Shown piece after piece: positions 60,001-64,000 of a stretch of 64,000 bases of DNA (position 1 is the first letter of the stretch; each line of letters starts with the position of its first letter). The notes below the pieces were generated by a model. That model worked only from the letters and a program-made list of their open reading frames with translations, did not search any database and was not told where the DNA came from. The position numbers and the translations under genes are program-made. The DNA comes from Elainellaceae cyanobacterium (GTDB lineage Bacteria; Cyanobacteriota; Cyanobacteriia; CAZCXK01), in assembly GCA_051117335.1 (NCBI GenBank), contig JBNPEB010000035.1, forward strand, positions 67 through 64,066, written 5' to 3'.

Positions 60001-62462
60001 GCGACGTTTCAGAGTTGGGCGCATTCTTCGATGACGAGGCTGACACGTCAGACCCTGGTTTAGATACTAGCTCAGACGCTGATGAATTGAGTCAGCAAGA
60101 CCTCTCGTCTCAAGAGGACAACTTCGATGCTCTTGAAGCATTACTAGACAATGAGGATGAAGATTTAGACGCTCCTGCACCGCCAGGCAGTAGCTTTTTT
60201 GAGGCTGACCAAGCGGATGATGAAGCCGCCGTAGATCCTAACGATGATTTTGCCGACCTAGAAGCACTCTTAGATGACGAGCGTCCGTTTGGCGACGAAG
60301 ACACATCGGAAGATTCTGAGAATACTATCGCGGATGCCGAGGCTGATTTGATGCCTTCCCTGATGAATCCGGTTGACGATTTTGATGATCTCGAACGGCT
60401 TCTGGCTGATGCCGATCAGACATTGGGAGGCCCCCCAACCAGCATTACAACTAGGCGCACATCTCCTGCAACTGCGCGCCGAACTGGGCGACGGGGGATG
60501 TTGAGCGATCAAACCATGAGGGTTTCGGTTAAACATCTCGATAATCTCAATAACTTAGTCGGTGAACTCGTCGTCAATCGAAACAGTCTGGAGCAAACCC
60601 AAGAAAGACTCCGACAGTTTCTAGATAATTTGCTGTATCAGGTGCAGCAGCTCGGTGATGTTGGTCAGCGAATGAGAGACTTATACGAGCGATCGCTCCT
60701 CGAAAGCTCTCTCCTATCGAGCCGACGACACTATCAAATTTCTCAAGGCTCTAGTTCTCCAAGCAGCCCTATCCATTCGACAGGGGCAAGTTTTGACGCT
60801 CTTGAGATGGATCGATTTACCGGCTTCCATACGCTCTCTCAAGAAATGATTGAGCTAATCGTACGGGTGCGTGAATCAGCATCTGATATCGACTTTGTCG
60901 TAGATGAAAGCGATCAGATTACTCGAATGTTTCGCCAGGTTACCACCCAGCTGCAAGAAGGTCTGACGCGATCGCGGATGGTGCCCTTTGCGCAGGCGGC
61001 TGATCGTCTTCCGCGAGCAGTTCGAGACATTTCTATCAAATGCGGCAAACAAGCCGAACTGATGATCGAAGGGCGCGACACACTCATCGATAAGATGATT
61101 TTGGAACAGCTTTATGATCCGATGACGCACCTGGTTAACAACGCAATCACCCATGGCATCGAACCCCCCAACGAGCGAATTAACGCGGGTAAGCCCCCTA
61201 TTGGTCGGATCACTGTTCGGACATTTCACCAAGGCAACCAAACAGTGATTTCTGTGACCGACGACGGTGCCGGAATCGATCCGGAGAAAGTCAGTCAAAA
61301 AGCGGTCGAGCGCCGGTTAATTACCGCCGAGGAAGCGAGATCCATGTCTCGACTGGATATTTACGATCTGCTATTCCATCATGGATTTAGCACCAAGGAT
61401 AAAGCCGATGACTTCTCCGGACGAGGCGTTGGCATGGATGTGGTTCGCACAAGCTTAAATGAGATTCGAGGTGTTATCAACATCGACTCTACGGTTGGCA
61501 AAGGAACAACGTTTACGATTCGGTTGCCGTTAACGCTGAGTATTTCCAAAGCACTGCTGTGTGTCAGCAATCGTGCCCGGATCGCATTCCCGATGGATGG
61601 GGTAGAGGATATGCTCGATGTTCCCCAAGATCGCATTCAAACGGATGATCAGGGACGTTCTTGCATTCTATGGAGAGATATTCTGCTCCCCTTTAATCCG
61701 CTTTCTGATTTGCTGCGATACAACCGAACGCTAGGGAGAGGCAGCGTTTACGGCGGGAATCAGGAAGAAGATATTGTTTCTGTGGTGGTGTTGAGAAGTG
61801 CCGGAAATTTCTTGGCATTACAGGTGGATCAAGTCTTAGGGGAGCAGGAAATTGTTATTAAGCAGCTTGAGCCTCCAGTGCCTAAGCCCATCGGCATTGC
61901 CGGAGCAACCGTGCTCGGTGATGGGCGTATCATGCCGATTGCCGACGTTTTAGAGCTCATCGATCTATCCCTAGGGCGAATCCGTCGCGAAGCTGGTAGT
62001 TCTTTATGGGAGCGAGATAGCGCCCAACCGCCCGCTGAAATGCCGCCCGCGAAGAGCGAACCGACGGTGCTGATTGTTGACGACTCGATTACGGTGCGCG
62101 AATTGTTATCGATGACCTTCAGTAAGGTGGGGTATCGAGTCGAACAGGCTCGTGATGGGCAAGAAGCATGGGAGAAGCTCCGGTCAGGGTTGCCCTGCCA
62201 GCTCGTATTCTGCGATATTGAGATGCCACGGATGGATGGCCTAGAACTCTTATCACGGATTCAGAAAGACCCTCATCTTAACCCCCTCCCCGTTGCCATG
62301 TTGACCTCGCGCGGTGCCGATCGCCACCGCCAAATGGCGGTTCAGCTTGGTGCAAAAGGATATTTCACTAAGCCCTATTTAGAAGAGGCGCTGCTCGATG
62401 CAGCTCAACGCATGTTAAAAGGAGAAGTGCTCGTCACGAGCGTGGACGAAGACCCAGCATAG
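57069..62462 (+). CDS. hmpE: CheA-like hybrid histidine kinase (Hpt, acidic linker, HATPase, CheW, REC; HmpE/PilL-like)
   Basis: FRAAHSVKG, HLVNNAITHG, DDGAG, GRGVGMD, C-terminal REC; start taken as MQSEQ. Confidence 0.92.
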   Translation: MQSEQQQRIMGYFIEEAKDHLNTIEQGLLNLQSTIGDSEMASEVFRAAHSVKGGAAMLGLDSIQKTSHRLEDYFKVLKECPIQVDQKLETLLLRVFDTLQDLLEQLQGPFGLPADKAREMIEDVEPVFDELNQHLSGLVEKAGVSPPADVDLSTRHAVASVESPASTVASSSQDNSLKHFFHHEVPIKLREMLQVFKNAEPSAGRQTLDSMCQRLNQAGADFDLPEWSSLIDTTRRAIAHPDNSFRTLAPIVIKDLKQAQELVLADRADTIRASEALLELAPAASEPMLDDEIDEFDIDALMADAGVELASDAPEFLDLDFTSIDLSDDLSDDLSDSEDFNLAAGSSPALEDDDWFTEISATHDDDNSEGSDLLDELNPSDPDESSSSGAEAEASAVSSTGQSDYLDPSHPVSPNGPEVGMAELNSLADLFENEVPELEMTWQEDESTSRFSDGLSDSLEFDESNDFSDLLFDQVEDESDQSNPADVPGDDDISDLLNRSDIETNDSLDTSEDLIDLSALDELADSLDAVLEVSDSEHPDLLNSPDGDTSRHDDSGVQPESAEPVVDEFNADFDNLGEFFDELDANELDADIAFDEDSTSSAELDDLDALFDEISDDTDSPPSEPFDLPSSEADSLDLPDLDSSDWDVLGITDDAASPVEAPDTQSDADLLDSETALDFESALSEDTTDIENPFEAIAAEEALAPSDSAAEESANDTDLTSDLWGDRLEEDPHPDSNGPGDVWESGTDSADTSMAEVDHAAELVSESAVSETEATSFEAAEEGREEMAESAISPDHDITDALDLGGLDISDDFSPDSDDLSGEEFANLFGETDADSASDTAASADHAPESASEDLDLDDLFSSDPSDADRSYDGDDLDLGDNLFDDNDALALDFNPDLENVSEVDEAIAGLDSDTTGDPNPFDLDDVSAAPEAIDPELIDDPELIDTEQPEDADSLDVAADELDASLSMAPEAGDSDRDVSELGAFFDDEADTSDPGLDTSSDADELSQQDLSSQEDNFDALEALLDNEDEDLDAPAPPGSSFFEADQADDEAAVDPNDDFADLEALLDDERPFGDEDTSEDSENTIADAEADLMPSLMNPVDDFDDLERLLADADQTLGGPPTSITTRRTSPATARRTGRRGMLSDQTMRVSVKHLDNLNNLVGELVVNRNSLEQTQERLRQFLDNLLYQVQQLGDVGQRMRDLYERSLLESSLLSSRRHYQISQGSSSPSSPIHSTGASFDALEMDRFTGFHTLSQEMIELIVRVRESASDIDFVVDESDQITRMFRQVTTQLQEGLTRSRMVPFAQAADRLPRAVRDISIKCGKQAELMIEGRDTLIDKMILEQLYDPMTHLVNNAITHGIEPPNERINAGKPPIGRITVRTFHQGNQTVISVTDDGAGIDPEKVSQKAVERRLITAEEARSMSRLDIYDLLFHHGFSTKDKADDFSGRGVGMDVVRTSLNEIRGVINIDSTVGKGTTFTIRLPLTLSISKALLCVSNRARIAFPMDGVEDMLDVPQDRIQTDDQGRSCILWRDILLPFNPLSDLLRYNRTLGRGSVYGGNQEEDIVSVVVLRSAGNFLALQVDQVLGEQEIVIKQLEPPVPKPIGIAGATVLGDGRIMPIADVLELIDLSLGRIRREAGSSLWERDSAQPPAEMPPAKSEPTVLIVDDSITVRELLSMTFSKVGYRVEQARDGQEAWEKLRSGLPCQLVFCDIEMPRMDGLELLSRIQKDPHLNPLPVAMLTSRGADRHRQMAVQLGAKGYFTKPYLEEALLDAAQRMLKGEVLVTSVDEDPA

Positions 62463-62738
62463 AACCCAATTCGTTGGGAGGATGTTTTAAGGCTCTTGTT
62501 CTGTAGGTCTTAGAATTTCCATCCTGCGGTACATGCGATCGCTCAATCATTTGAACGATTCTGGAAGTAATCGCAGTACTCTGCGCAATGGCGAATATAT
62601 CTTCACTCCATGCCGCTTTGATAGGCTGTTTTAATAGGCTGCTCTAATCAGGGTCACACTGTCGGTCGACGATGCTATTTTACTGAATATCATGTCATTG
62701 AAGCTATTTGTCTAGTTTGCTATAAAGCGGGAACTTTC

Positions 62739-63362
62739 ATGTCTGACCAAACTGTCTCAACCCAAACCCCAACGTCACAACCTCCATCACCGCCGTCATC
62801 CCAACTGTCTCAATCGCCTCCTATGCCAGAGATTCAGCAGGCTGCGTCAGCATTGCGCGTAGCGGGATGGACGAGTTTTTGGGTGCAGTTGGCGATCGCC
62901 CTTGTGTCTGGCGTGATTCTAGTTGTGGCTTTATTTAGCCGCAATATCGAAGATGGTTCTCAAACTCCGACAACCGGCTTTTCGTTATTTTTGGCCGTGT
63001 GCGGCATCATCATATTGCTGTTTACGCTAGTGACCTCATTTCGCTGCACTCGCTTTGCGCGACAGTTTCGCCGCCGACCTCCAGAAGAATATCCCGACAA
63101 GAGTGCGATTGTTCGCGTCTTAGTGGTGGGGTTGGTTGCTAGCCTGATTGGTCTGCTTGTGAGTTTGGTAGGCGCAGAAACAGGGCTAGGCATCTTGTTA
63201 GCTAAGTCCTTCTCACAACCTCAAGGCGCTGCCGTTTATACTCCCGACAAGATCATTCGAGTCCTTGATATTTTGGTTCCTCTCATCAACACCAACTTAA
63301 TCGCAGCGCATTTTGTCAGCAATGTGACCTCGCTGTGGATGATTCGCCAAGTAAGAGGATAG
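62739..63362 (+). CDS. DUF3611 family membrane protein
   Basis: GW.SFWVQL, LLAK..SQPQG, N.IAAHF. Confidence 0.8.
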   Translation: MSDQTVSTQTPTSQPPSPPSSQLSQSPPMPEIQQAASALRVAGWTSFWVQLAIALVSGVILVVALFSRNIEDGSQTPTTGFSLFLAVCGIIILLFTLVTSFRCTRFARQFRRRPPEEYPDKSAIVRVLVVGLVASLIGLLVSLVGAETGLGILLAKSFSQPQGAAVYTPDKIIRVLDILVPLINTNLIAAHFVSNVTSLWMIRQVRG

Positions 63363-63392
63363 CAAGAGGGTAGCCCTATTTCTGCAACATCC

Positions 63393-63998
63393 CTATTCGT
63401 TTTGCAAATGCCCTGCGGCGATCGCCTCATTCAAAATCGTTTCGACCAGCGACCACAGTTCGGGCGACACGTCTTTCACAGGCTGCATCCGACCGAGCAC
63501 CTGAGAGCGGGTAATCGTGTGAATTCTCCAGGTGCCGCCATCCGTTTGCCAGTTGTGTAAGAGGGGCTGCAAACAGTCGAGCGCCCGAGCAAACCGAGCT
63601 TCTGGGGTGATCTTCGCTTCAAATTCATCCCAAAGAGCGCGCAGCTTGGTGCCTTGGTCGGTGGGAAGCAGCCCAAATAGGCGATCGGCAGCGGCAATTT
63701 CGCGGTCGGCTTTGTCTTGATTGCCCTGAGCGTCGTAGCAGAAGGTGTCTCCCGCATCGATTTCAACCAAATCGTGAATGAGCAGCAGCTTGATGACCCG
63801 GAGCGTATCAACCGGGACAGGCGAATATTCACAAAGGGCGATCGCCATCATTGCCAAATGCCATGAATGTTCGGCGCTGTTTTCTCGCCGAGACGAATCA
63901 GTCAACAGAGTTTGGCGCAAGATGCCTTTTAGCTTGTCAATCTCAATCACAAATTGTATTTGCTGAGCAAGACGCGCTGATTCAATTTGAACGTTCAT
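63393..63998 (-). CDS. HD domain-containing hydrolase
   Basis: RENSAEHSW, IHDLVEI.AGD, D.LQP. Confidence 0.9.
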   Translation of the reverse strand: MNVQIESARLAQQIQFVIEIDKLKGILRQTLLTDSSRRENSAEHSWHLAMMAIALCEYSPVPVDTLRVIKLLLIHDLVEIDAGDTFCYDAQGNQDKADREIAAADRLFGLLPTDQGTKLRALWDEFEAKITPEARFARALDCLQPLLHNWQTDGGTWRIHTITRSQVLGRMQPVKDVSPELWSLVETILNEAIAAGHLQNE

Positions 63999-64000
63999 AG

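Noticed and set aside
1-64000. Many 60-220 aa ORFs antisense to or nested in longer genes; tRNA, rRNA or transposase genes
   Set aside because: Shadow ORFs without motifs; no cloverleaf, rRNA-like stretch or transposase motif seen

Overview
Cyanobacterial chromosomal DNA, inferred from abundant HIP1 GCGATCGC octamers, a cyanobacterial-type icd and ccsA, and an hmp/pil motility locus; probably a filamentous strain. The left ~30 kb is accessory: a minus-strand surface-polysaccharide cluster (Wzx, Wzy, GT2/GT4s, methyltransferases, CapK-like ligase, pyruvyltransferase-family protein, YdcF, SGNH) bracketed by two decaying arrays of toxin-antitoxin-like cassettes (DUF433/DUF5615, RHH/HNH, VapBC-like, MNT/HEPN, Uma2). 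The right ~33 kb is mostly ordinary core genome (SLH protein, HAD, Ser/Thr kinase, icd, lptF/G, ccsA, tilS, hmpF plus a patA-cheY-cheW-MCP-cheA cluster). The most unusual signals are: (1) two unrelated 24-nt double-hairpin elements inserted at the same bond of HIP1 (GCG^ATCGC), with filled and empty alleles both visible and in-frame 8-aa insertions in genes; (2) a stack of glycosyltransferase 3' ends alternating with different TA-like cassettes, with homology breakpoints at HIP1 sites and no integrase in the window; (3) a second cassette array built on a ~180-260 bp non-coding repeat, with antitoxins that share an N-terminus but swap C-termini. No tRNA, rRNA, CRISPR or transposase gene was recognised. 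All alignments and counts were done by eye.
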